DNA of 64,000 nt from an uncultured Chryseobacterium sp. (lineage in GTDB: Bacteria > Bacteroidota > Bacteroidia > Flavobacteriales_F > PHOS-HE28). The stretch covers positions 6,984 through 70,983 of the forward strand of contig CAYXKE010000004.1 in assembly GCA_964464935.1 (NCBI GenBank), given 5' to 3'. The translations under genes and the position numbers were made by a program. The notes beneath the pieces were generated by a model, which saw only the letters and a program-made list of their open reading frames with translations, did no database searches and was not told the DNA's origin. Below are positions 47,801 through 54,567 of this stretch, piece after piece (positions within the stretch are counted from its first letter, which is position 1; the number at the start of each line of letters is the position of its first letter).

Positions 47801-50337
47801 CCATCCACGGTCACATCGATGGAGGTGACGCAGCCGTCCGTGTGTTGCGCGGTGGCCGTCCATGTGCCGGGCGCGAGGCCGGTGGCGGTGGCGCCCGTCT
47901 GGGCCGGCGTGGTGTTCCAGATGATCTGGCTTACGGGCGCCCCTCCGGTGATGGCCACGGTGGCGCTGCCGCCCAAGCCCGAGCATCCCGCATGGGTCAG
48001 GGTGGTGATCGCGATGGAGGGCTGGCTGGTCTGGCCAAGGCTCACACTGTTGCTTCCGGTGCAGCCGTTCGCGTCGGTCACGGTCACCGTGTAGGTGCCC
48101 CCGGCGCTGAGCAGCACGGTTGCGTCGGTCTGCACGGGCACCGTATTCCAGCTGTAGGTGTACGGTCCCACGCCACCGCTCACCACGGCCGTTGCCGAAC
48201 CGCTGGGCGTGGCGTCGTTCTGGCACTGGTTCACCGTCTCCACATTGGTGAAGGTCACCGCCAGAGCGGCACTGCCCCCCTCGATCGTCACGGTGCCCTG
48301 GGCGGTGCAACCGTACATGTCCGTCACGGTCACCGTGTGGTCACCGGCGCTCAAGGCCGTGGCCGTGGCGGCGTTCTGCACGGGCACCGTGTTCCAGCTG
48401 TAGGTGTATGGGGGCATGCCGCCCTGCGGCACCGCCGTGGCGGAACCGGTGTTCGCGCCGCTGCACAGCACGTGCACCACATCGGCGAACGTGGCGGAGA
48501 GGCTGGGCGGTTCCACCAGCGTGCGTTCGTGGGTGATGCTGCAGCCGTTGGCATCGGTGATCGTCACGGAATAGGTTCCCGCGATCAGGTTGGCGATGTC
48601 CTGCGTGGTGGCACTGAAGCCGTTCGGGCCGCTCCATACGTATGCGTACGGCGCGGTGCCGCCACCCACGGAAAGGTCGATGGCGCCATCATTGCCGCCG
48701 GCACAGCTGATGTTCTGGCCGAAGGGCAGGAGGGAAGGCATCGAGGAGGCCTGCAGGGCGTTCGGCGCCGTCACGTTGAAGCCTTGGCTAATGCTGCATC
48801 CGGCGCCATCGGTCACCACCACGGTGTAGCTGCCCGCGCTTAATCCGGTAAGGTCCTCGGTGTTGGCGGTGAAGCCGTTGGGGCCTGTCCACGCATAGGT
48901 GTACGGGGCCACGCCGCCGCTCACCGTAAGGGCGATGGCCCCGTTGTCGTTCCCATTGCACAAGGGGCTCGTCACGCTGCCGCTCAGGCTCAAGGCGCTC
49001 ACGGTCACCGTGGTCTGAAGCGTCTCCTGGCAGCTGCCGGCCTCCACCGTCACGGTGTACGTGGTGGTGGTGCCAGGCGAAGCCAACGGCGCGGGGCCGG
49101 TGGTGGTGCTCAGGCCGGTGGCCGGGCTCCACGTGTAGGTCATGCCGCCGTCCGCCTGCAGTTGGGCATTGCCCCCGTGGCAGATCGGCGCGGGCGTGTT
49201 CACCGTGGCATACAGCGAATCCTGGATCACGAGATCGAGGCTGTCGATGTAGAAGCCCGGGCACACGGAGGAGCTCAGCAACACCCGGATGTATTCACTG
49301 CCTTCGTTCAGGCCATCGGCGAAGGGCTGGAAGGGCACTTCCACCGAGGCCTGGCCACCCGGGATCACGGCCACCTTGGCCACCATGGGGTCGGGGTCGC
49401 CCACGGCGGGGTAGTCCACGCCGTTGGTGGCGGTGCCTTGCAGGAAGTAGGGCACGCTCAGTGGATCGGGGGTGACCACCTGCCGGGTGAAGCGCACCAT
49501 GCCGTCGTTGCAGCCCTCCACCAAGTTGGGGAAGCCGCTCACGGTCACCGCCTCCATGGTCACCGAGTTGCTCTGAAGTCGCTCGATGAACACACCGCTG
49601 TCGAACTTGCGGTCCGATGCATCGGCCACGATCAGCTTCAGGGTGTAGGTCTGGCAGGGTTCCACCACGGCCACGGCCTGCAGCTGGGTGGTGAGACCGT
49701 CGTACTGCAGGTGCTGGCCACCGGCGTTGTTCAGGAAGTAGGCTTGATTGCTGCCACCGTTCACGTTGTTGATGGTCACAGCTTGGTTGGTCCCCGGCAC
49801 CAAGGCGATGTTCTTCTCCGGCGCGATGCCCGGATCACCGACGATGCCCGGACCACTGATGAAGAAGCCGAACACGTCGTTGTACTGCGAGCCCACCCAC
49901 TCATTGTATTCCTCGCTGGCGAAGGCGAAATTGAAGCGCAGGGTGTCGCCGCCGGGGATCACATCGAGCTGCAGCTTGCAGGCATCGTACGTGGTGCGGC
50001 CCGTCACCTGGTTCAGCAGGGCGCTGCCGGGGCGGTTCTGCTCGAAGGTCTTGTCCTCCACATTGTTCGGCCCCACCGCGTTCGCGATGCTGCCGCTGGT
50101 GAGCAGCACACCGCTGCTCACGCTGAGCACGTTGCCGGTATAGGAGAACTCACCATAGCCTGCACTGTGGCAGTCGATGGACACATTGGAGATCTGTACG
50201 CCGGGACCGGTGATGGAGCGGGCCAGCTCCTGGAGGTTCGTCTGCGGGGTGACGGTGAGCTGGGCCTGGCCCGTGGTGGCCACTACCAGCAGTGCGGTGG
50301 AGAACGCGGCCCTGATCATGCGTTCGGTGATCATCAT
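41860..50337 (-). CDS. Giant (~2,825 aa) cell-surface adhesin: choice-of-anchor-L domain, Calx-beta-like domain, 28 SprB-type repeats, type-B T9SS C-terminal domain
   Basis: Signal peptide MMITERMIRAAFSTALLVVATTGQAQ. The N-terminal domain has ..FAFASEEYNEWVGSQYNDVFGFFISGPG..DSGVFIE... Next is ..QGTATNGVDYP..EVPF..DGLNEGSEY... Then come repeats CxGxxDGxIxxxxxGGxxPYxYxWxGPxGF..TVTDANGC. The C-terminus is ..TGFTPNGDGANDTFFIRGLD..TVFNRWGNVVY..GTYFV... Confidence 0.9.
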   Translation of the reverse strand: MMITERMIRAAFSTALLVVATTGQAQLTVTPQTNLQELARSITGPGVQISNVSIDCHSAGYGEFSYTGNVLSVSSGVLLTSGSIANAVGPNNVEDKTFEQNRPGSALLNQVTGRTTYDACKLQLDVIPGGDTLRFNFAFASEEYNEWVGSQYNDVFGFFISGPGIVGDPGIAPEKNIALVPGTNQAVTINNVNGGSNQAYFLNNAGGQHLQYDGLTTQLQAVAVVEPCQTYTLKLIVADASDRKFDSGVFIERLQSNSVTMEAVTVSGFPNLVEGCNDGMVRFTRQVVTPDPLSVPYFLQGTATNGVDYPAVGDPDPMVAKVAVIPGGQASVEVPFQPFADGLNEGSEYIRVLLSSSVCPGFYIDSLDLVIQDSLYATVNTPAPICHGGNAQLQADGGMTYTWSPATGLSTTTGPAPLASPGTTTTYTVTVEAGSCQETLQTTVTVSALSLSGSVTSPLCNGNDNGAIALTVSGGVAPYTYAWTGPNGFTANTEDLTGLSAGSYTVVVTDGAGCSISQGFNVTAPNALQASSMPSLLPFGQNISCAGGNDGAIDLSVGGGTAPYAYVWSGPNGFSATTQDIANLIAGTYSVTITDANGCSITHERTLVEPPSLSATFADVVHVLCSGANTGSATAVPQGGMPPYTYSWNTVPVQNAATATALSAGDHTVTVTDMYGCTAQGTVTIEGGSAALAVTFTNVETVNQCQNDATPSGSATAVVSGGVGPYTYSWNTVPVQTDATVLLSAGGTYTVTVTDANGCTGSNSVSLGQTSQPSIAITTLTHAGCSGLGGSATVAITGGAPVSQIIWNTTPAQTGATATGLAPGTWTATAQHTDGCVTSIDVTVDGPTESLSATITSLTDALCFGDGAGSASVTASGGTAPYTYGWNTVPPQTDATATGLPAGTWTVTVTDANGCTASASATINGPTAPLTVATTIDGLVLCYGGDEGSITASASGGTAPYTYTWSTGQNGPTISDLPIGSYTVTVSDANGCTTSATVDLVGPEDDLFAFVESYQHVSCHGLNDGSATLSITGGSGSYTVYWNTEPPQTGPTATGLAPGNYLATVYDNNGCTVPKFVPFTINGPDAPLGVTAVISDFNGYNVLCHDSHEGFIDITITGGTAPYTHVWTDDHGNSTGIEDLSDLDPDNYHLSVIDAGGCTLDTTFTLIAPPAITASATITTATCQGSATGAITGVTVGGGVGPYTLSWSGPDGFSSSSTDITDLAAGIYLLTVTDAHGCVQTHAFDVSEPGVFTISSTLSEYVGGWNVSCNGATDGSIDVEVTGGTGQLSYQWTGPNGFVSTTQDITDLGAGTYQLTVTDENGCSTLTSFTLTQPAPLTLTHQASNYSGYGISCAGAEDGFIGTTISGGTPDYNSISWTGPDGFTANTQSIYNLAPGTYTMTVSDENGCSATLTVTITAPLPLNVVADTSTSPSGDAVACNGASTGSISLAITGGATPVTVSWTGPDGYTGNGANISGLAAGTYNATITDANGCSETVQVTLTEPAPIEVDATLSAYNGSAVSCAEANDGSITTNVTGGYGAYTFSWTGPNGFTSTDASLSGLVAGTYTVTISDGNGCSLTRSYTLDAPAPIGTLIVAGTHGDHHVSCNEATDGSIVLTISGGTTPYTIAWNGPDGPVAGTTELNDLAAGTYTVTVTDANGCTLEASITLTAPQPLNAATTTSTYGGGAQVSCSDAQDGSIDLTVTGGTAPYTYAWSDGLGFNSTDEDLSGLAPGTYTVTVTDAMGCSTTTSVTLDAPEPLTMTAELSGTPGSNVSCTDAQDGSITLSISGGVAPYTYLWSNNSQAAAITGLPAGTYSVTVTDANGCTITGTWTLEAPEAIDVNTTVALQPNGHGVSCNGAADGAISTTISGGTAPYTTDWTGPNGFTAQTADITGLVAGTYTLTVVDAHGCTQVTVVHVTQPAPVTVQLSSSTVGGHHIACTGDSTGSVDLTVSGGTAGYTYLWSGPDGFTSTAPTISGLTAGTYTVIVTDDLGCTGSASITLTEPDPLQVDATLSDAGAGHQVSCAGNDGSITVVISGGIAPISFGWMGPNGFASTATSIDGLAPGTYTLHITDANGCTLTSSWTLTAPEIMAAEFAAVANTCPGDATGSIDLTVLGGVSPFSHAWSGPNGFTSTDAQITGLEAGAYTVTVTDAMGCTATFSHTLEGPAPLNSGAYVSFFGEYNIQCFGDSTGVIELAPEGGTAPYSVLVNGPAGYVSSSLSHTGLAAGDYHILITDANSCVLDTTITLTAPVLPIDVSVEVSVYPSGTNVSCYGAADGWILATATGGSGQFTFVWRGPDSLEWNTPFIDGLSAGQYAYELVVTDQNQCTYSMEVTLTQPDAPLQADITVSEYPGGHNVPCSDATNGTITVVATGGNGGNEFAWTGPNGFTSTAFELTDLAPGTYELTLTDMNGCVVEETVTLTAPEPLGIALTGSSISCNGLNDGSVSAVITGGTPAYTLTWTGPTPIASDETTLTDLAPGTYCLTVTDANGCETQSCTTITEPEPLAATLATEVAACGMNVGAVLTTVTGGTAPFSFAWDHGATSADVTGLAAGTYGVTVTDANGCTVHVSAEVAGTPAVTADADVTGNICHGDAQGTITLNMLTGTGPYTYAWSNGATEPSVEGLTAGTYEVTVTDTNGCTFTGSWHVWEADAIVIDTLLSVYSGGYNVSTHGGSNGSIQTNVSGGTAPYAYAWSNGATTSNISGLTAGTYVLVVTDANGCAAEITIEVTQPDDLVMPTGFTPNGDGANDTFFIRGLDAYPANTFTVFNRWGNVVYDRLNYANDWRGENQQQDMLPNGTYFVILKVNGGERTLQGYVDLRR
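42124..48985 (-). repeat. Array of 28 tandem SprB-type coding repeats (~225-270 bp each)
   Basis: I hand-counted 28 occurrences of the ..(T/S)Y.(V/L)(T/I)(V/I)(T/S)D..GC.. repeat-end motif in the translation. The repeats are diverged but share short identical DNA tracts, e.g. GCAGCCGTTGGCGTCGGTCACGGTCAC near 42630 and 47591. Confidence 0.85.
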
Positions 50338-50386
50338 ATTCCTGTTCGTTCCCTGTGTGTGGGTTGGGTGAATGGGATGCGGGGGG

Positions 50387-50758
50387 TCAGTGACCACTGC
50401 GCAGGCTGGCGCACTGGGCTTCGGCTTGCGCGCGGTCGATGGCGGGCTCGGCGATGCGGCTGGCGGCGATGCGGGAGGTGGCCAGCGGCATCACCTTCTC
50501 GCGCACCGTGGCCCGGGTGCCGTTGTTGTCGGCGGCCTCCAGGATCAGGATGCCGGCCGGCACGCAGGCGTAGACAAGGCGCACGGAGCCATCGGCCGGC
50601 AGCGAACGCGTCAACGCATCGCGTTCGGTGCTGGTCAATCCATCGATCCGGAGCACCAGTTCCGCGGCCCCTTCGGGGGGATGTTGGGCGCTGGCCGGGC
50701 CCGGAAAGGCCAGGGTGAGGAGGAGAGCGGTCAGCAAATAGGGCGTCAGTTTTTTCAT
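50387..50758 (-). CDS. Small secreted hypothetical protein (first gene of adhesin operon)
   Basis: 123 aa. MKKLTPYLLTALLLTLAFPGPASAQ is a signal peptide. The mature part ..ELVLRIDGLTSTERDALTRSL..VRLVYACVPAGILILEA.. looks like a small alpha/beta domain. A 49-bp spacer separates it from the adhesin ATG. Confidence 0.6.
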   Translation of the reverse strand: MKKLTPYLLTALLLTLAFPGPASAQHPPEGAAELVLRIDGLTSTERDALTRSLPADGSVRLVYACVPAGILILEAADNNGTRATVREKVMPLATSRIAASRIAEPAIDRAQAEAQCASLRSGH

Positions 50759-50940
50759 TTTCGTCGATCCGTACGACCGTTTCAGCGAACAAAGGTGGCC
50801 TCGGCGACACCGGATCCCGGCCGTACAGGTCGGGCCTTATACCCCGGTTGTCGTGGAAAAGTTGCCGATCGGCGGCGCCTATGGCCTTGGGGCGCAGCGG
50901 AATGCCGCGACCGGCGCGATCGTGGAAAAAATGTGCGTGG

Positions 50941-51672
50941 TCAGCGCGCGCCCAGCACGGCGTGCAGCGCGATGCCGGCCGCCACGCTCACGTTGAGCGA
51001 CCCGATGGACCCGGCCATGGGGATGTGCACCAGCTCATCGGCCATGCGCAGCACAGCGTCCGAAATGCCTTGGTCCTCGGAGCCCAGCACCAGCACCAGG
51101 GGGCCGCTCAGCTGGGCTTGGGCCAGCGGGGTGGGGCCTTTCTCGGTGAGCGCCACGATCCGCAGACCATGTTCACGGGCCCGCAGCAGGGCGTCCTTCA
51201 AGCGGGGCACGCGGCACACGGGCTTTCGCAGCAGCGCGCCGGCACTGCTCTTCACCGCGTCGCTGCCCAGGCGGGCCGTGCCGGTCTTGGGCACCAGCAG
51301 GGCGTGCGCACCGAAGCATTCCGCACTGCGGGCGATGGCCCCCAGGTTGCGCACGTCGGTCACATGGTCCATGGCCACGATCAAGGGCGTTTCGCCGCGC
51401 TCAAAAGCCATGGCGATCACCTCGTCCATGTCCTGTTCCTCCACCTGGCTCAGCAGGGCGATCACTCCTTGGTGCTCCGTGCGCGTAAGGCGGTCCAGCT
51501 TTTCCACGGGCACGGGCTGCCAGGGGACCTGTCGGTCCTGTGCCAGTCGCCGGATCTCCCGGATGCCTTCACCCCCGGCCTCACGGCGCACCAGCAGTTT
51601 TTCCACGTTACGCCCGGCGGTCAGGGCTTCGATCACCGGCCGGATACCGCAAATGAGGTCGTTCTTGGACAT
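50941..51672 (-). CDS. rlmB: 23S rRNA (guanosine-2'-O-)-methyltransferase, SpoU/TrmH family (RlmB-like)
   Basis: 243 aa. ..ICGIRPVIEAL.. is the N-terminal substrate-binding domain. ..VTDVRNLGAIARSAECFG.., ..LVLGSEDQGIS.., ..IPMAGSIGSLNVSVAAGIAL.. are SpoU motifs 1-3. Confidence 0.85.
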   Translation of the reverse strand: MSKNDLICGIRPVIEALTAGRNVEKLLVRREAGGEGIREIRRLAQDRQVPWQPVPVEKLDRLTRTEHQGVIALLSQVEEQDMDEVIAMAFERGETPLIVAMDHVTDVRNLGAIARSAECFGAHALLVPKTGTARLGSDAVKSSAGALLRKPVCRVPRLKDALLRAREHGLRIVALTEKGPTPLAQAQLSGPLVLVLGSEDQGISDAVLRMADELVHIPMAGSIGSLNVSVAAGIALHAVLGAR

Positions 51673-51760
51673 GGGGGGTGTTCGGTCGGCGAAGGTCGTG
51701 CTTCTGGAATGGGGACGGTCCGTTGCGCGTCAGATGGAGGTGGGGCCGCACAACGGCCGC

Positions 51761-53038
51761 TCAGTTCTGGTACACCCGCCCGTTCCGCCAGCTCTCCACG
51801 TTGCGGTACCACGCCCCCTTGAACATGGGGTCGCGCTGCAGGGTCAGATCGTTGTTCGTGTACGGTGCGATCTGCCGCTGGAAGTGGAAGGTGAGGTTCA
51901 TGAGGTTGTTCTCCTCTCCATAGATCCACGTCTCGCCGCGCTCGTTGCGGTAGATGGTGTTGGGCGTGCCGAAGATGATGTGCACCAGACCGCGGTCGGT
52001 ACGCCAGCCTTCCACATGCGAGGTGAAGTGGCGGTTGGCGTTCTCCACGCGGGAGTAATAGATGCGGATGGCCTCGCGGGCCCGTTCGCGATCGCCGGCC
52101 GCCTCCAGCCAGAACTCCTCGATGGCCCTGCGCACATCGGGTGAAGCCGTGATGCGGGCGTACTCCTGTTTGGAGGTGATGTACCGCAACGGTGCCAGCA
52201 TGTCGCTGGGCGTGGCGACTATCGGATAGGCTTCGGTCAGTACGAAGAGGCTGTATCCGTCGGCGCTCGCGGTATCGGTGCGCAGGTGGTGGATGCCTGC
52301 GTGGGACAGCTCCAGGTCGAAGGTGCCTTCCAGCGGGTCGACCATCACCTCGAAGAGACTGTCGGGCTCCGAGGTGGGGCGGGGCGAGGTGCCGCTGCTG
52401 AACACGGGCGGCGGCAGACCATCCTCCACGGCATGCCGCGCACCGTAAAGGACCCGTCCCTTGAATGCTTCACTGCGCACGCGCACGCGTCCGCCCGCCG
52501 GCACGTGGTCGTCGAACAGCGGCAGTCCGTTGCGGGGGTCCACGGGCAGGAAGTAGTGGCGCCGGCCGGTGCCCTCGGGGCCCACCTGCATCACCAAGGT
52601 GCTTTGGGCATCGCGGTTCAGGTCGCGGGCGGTCACCGTGAGCACATAGCCACGCAGAGCGCCGTTGCGCATGGCCAGACTGCCGATCAGCTCCTGGTCC
52701 TCCAGGGGGTCGTTGGTCAGGTCCTCCACCAGCATGCTGGCACTGTCGAGCGGTGTGCGGGCGTTCCAGTCGGCGTAGGCGCTGTAGCTCAGTCGTACCC
52801 GCGCCTTGAAAGGTCCCCCGCCACCATCGCTCTTGTACAGCAGGTCGCGCGTGGGCACCTTGAAGTAGAGCGTGGTGTGTGCCTCGTCGGGGTGGTACAC
52901 CCGTGCGCGCAACTGGATCGCCGCCGAACTGCGACCATAGAGATGGGCCACGTTGTCGCGCTGCGTGGTTGACGCGCTGCCACAGCCCACGGCGAGCAGA
53001 AGTGTTGCCCAGATGCCGATGATCGACAGGGGTCTCAT
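51761..53038 (-). CDS. GWxTD domain-containing protein
   Basis: 425 aa. N-terminal signal/lipobox-like ..LLLAVGCGS. The C-terminus ..HVEGWRTDRGLVHIIFGTPNTIYRNERGETWIY.. matches the GWxTD signature. ATGA overlap with the rmuC stop. Confidence 0.8.
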   Translation of the reverse strand: MRPLSIIGIWATLLLAVGCGSASTTQRDNVAHLYGRSSAAIQLRARVYHPDEAHTTLYFKVPTRDLLYKSDGGGGPFKARVRLSYSAYADWNARTPLDSASMLVEDLTNDPLEDQELIGSLAMRNGALRGYVLTVTARDLNRDAQSTLVMQVGPEGTGRRHYFLPVDPRNGLPLFDDHVPAGGRVRVRSEAFKGRVLYGARHAVEDGLPPPVFSSGTSPRPTSEPDSLFEVMVDPLEGTFDLELSHAGIHHLRTDTASADGYSLFVLTEAYPIVATPSDMLAPLRYITSKQEYARITASPDVRRAIEEFWLEAAGDRERAREAIRIYYSRVENANRHFTSHVEGWRTDRGLVHIIFGTPNTIYRNERGETWIYGEENNLMNLTFHFQRQIAPYTNNDLTLQRDPMFKGAWYRNVESWRNGRVYQN

Positions 53039-54360
53039 GCCGGTTCCGCTTCGGCCTCGTCGCTGGCGCGTTGCAGCAGTTTCGGGTGGATGGTCTTGTT
53101 GGTCTTCGCACCCAGTTCCTTCAGCATCTCCACCTGTCGCACCAGGTTGCCGGGCCCTTCGCTCAACAGCCGCAGGGCCTTCTCGTAGTCCTCATTGGCT
53201 TGTTGCACATGCTTGCCGATCCCGCCCAGCGTGGTGGTGAAGCTCACGAACTTGTCGTACAGCGCCCCGGCGCGCTCGGCGATCTCCAAGTGGTTGCGGG
53301 CGATGCGCTCGTTCTTCCAGATGCCGTGTACGGTACGCAGGGTGGCCATGAGCGTGGTGTGCGTCACCATGACCACCTGTCGGTCGTAGGCTTCCTGGAA
53401 GATCTCGGGCCGTTGGCGCAGGGCAAGGAGGAATGCCGGCTCCAAGGGAACGAACATCAGTACGAAGTCGACACTGCGCACCCCGTAGAGCTGGGTGTAG
53501 TCCTTTTCCGAGAGGCCCTTGGCGTGGGCGCGCAGGCTCTCGATATGCTGCTTCAGCAGGCGTGCCTTCTCGGCCTCATCGGTGGTGGCGGTGAAGCGCT
53601 CGTAGTGCACGAGGCTCACCTTGCTGTCGATGATCAGGTGCTTGTCATCGGGCAGCATCACCACGGCGTCGGGGCGCAGGCGCGAGCCATCGTCGAGGGT
53701 GGTGCTGGCCTGCATGGTGTACTCCTGCCCCTTCACCAGGCCGGAGCTTTCCAGCAGCTTCTCCAGCACCATCTCGCCCCATGCGCCCTGGGCCTGGGTG
53801 TCGCCCTTCAGGGCCCGGGTGAGGTCGTTGGCCTCCTGGCTCAGCCGTTGGTTCTGCTCCACTAATTTGGCCACTTCGCTCTTCAACAGGAAGCGCTCGC
53901 GCCCTTCGGCCTGATAGGCTTCCTGCACCTGCTTCTGGAAGCCTTCGATGCGGTCCTGGAGCGGCTTCAGGATCGCCCCCAGCCGCTCCTGCTGCTGCTC
54001 GTTCAGCTGGCGGCCCTTGGCCTCGAGGAGCTTGTTGGCGATGTTCTCGAACTCGGTGGTGAGGCGCGCCTGCTGCTGCTCGAGCTCGGTGCGCTGCCCC
54101 GCGAGCTTTTCCGCCAGGCCCCGGTTGCGCTCCTGCTCGGTGGCAAGCATGGCGTTAAGGGCGATGACTTCTGAGGTGGCGGCATCGAGCCTTTGCTGCA
54201 TCTCGGCTTGGAACCGGGTCGCCTCGCCACGTTCGATGTCCACCTCGCGGCGCAGGGAGGCCAGTTCACGCTCCACATGTCCGCGCTCCCGCAGGTGCAT
54301 CACGTATGCGCCGATGGCAGTGCCTACGAACAGTGCGATGATGGGTAGGATGAGTTCCAT
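53035..54360 (-). CDS. rmuC: DNA recombination protein RmuC
   Basis: N-terminal TM helix, a long coiled coil, and a C-terminal ..RPDAVVMLPDDKHLIIDSKVSL..DFVLMFVP.E.. RmuC nuclease-like domain. The ATG at 54360 (MELILPII..) is preferred over the track's GTG at 54372. Confidence 0.88.
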   Translation of the reverse strand: MELILPIIALFVGTAIGAYVMHLRERGHVERELASLRREVDIERGEATRFQAEMQQRLDAATSEVIALNAMLATEQERNRGLAEKLAGQRTELEQQQARLTTEFENIANKLLEAKGRQLNEQQQERLGAILKPLQDRIEGFQKQVQEAYQAEGRERFLLKSEVAKLVEQNQRLSQEANDLTRALKGDTQAQGAWGEMVLEKLLESSGLVKGQEYTMQASTTLDDGSRLRPDAVVMLPDDKHLIIDSKVSLVHYERFTATTDEAEKARLLKQHIESLRAHAKGLSEKDYTQLYGVRSVDFVLMFVPLEPAFLLALRQRPEIFQEAYDRQVVMVTHTTLMATLRTVHGIWKNERIARNHLEIAERAGALYDKFVSFTTTLGGIGKHVQQANEDYEKALRLLSEGPGNLVRQVEMLKELGAKTNKTIHPKLLQRASDEAEAEPA

Positions 54361-54567
54361 CGGTGGAGACACGAAGGTAAGCCACGCCGAACCTGTTCAG
54401 ATCGGAACGATCTGGCGAAGATCTTGGCGTGCAGCCCATTTGAGGTGTTCCGGGCCAGGGCGGCGTCAGTCTTGCGTTGCTTGGACCAACATGGGCAAGT
54501 TCTGTATCGACCAGCGTTTTCGGGCCGATCGGTGTGCCTTCCCATGCGTGTTGACCGTTCGGCGGGC

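Noticed and set aside
41740-48843. 2,367-codon plus-strand ORF, the longest plus-strand ORF in the track
   Set aside because: It is codon-aligned antisense to the adhesin gene: both frames occupy positions 3m-2..3m. It stays open only because the sense gene uses no TTA, CTA or TCA codons over that span, which is extreme GC3 bias. The translation is Gly/Ala/Arg/His/Val low-complexity with no domain logic. The minus-strand product has a signal peptide, recognisable domains and a T9SS CTD.
42124-48985. Regular ~245-bp periodicity that could be mistaken for a CRISPR-like or satellite array
   Set aside because: The period is three to eight times longer than a CRISPR repeat-spacer unit. There is no short conserved direct repeat. 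The periodicity is fully explained by in-frame protein repeats.
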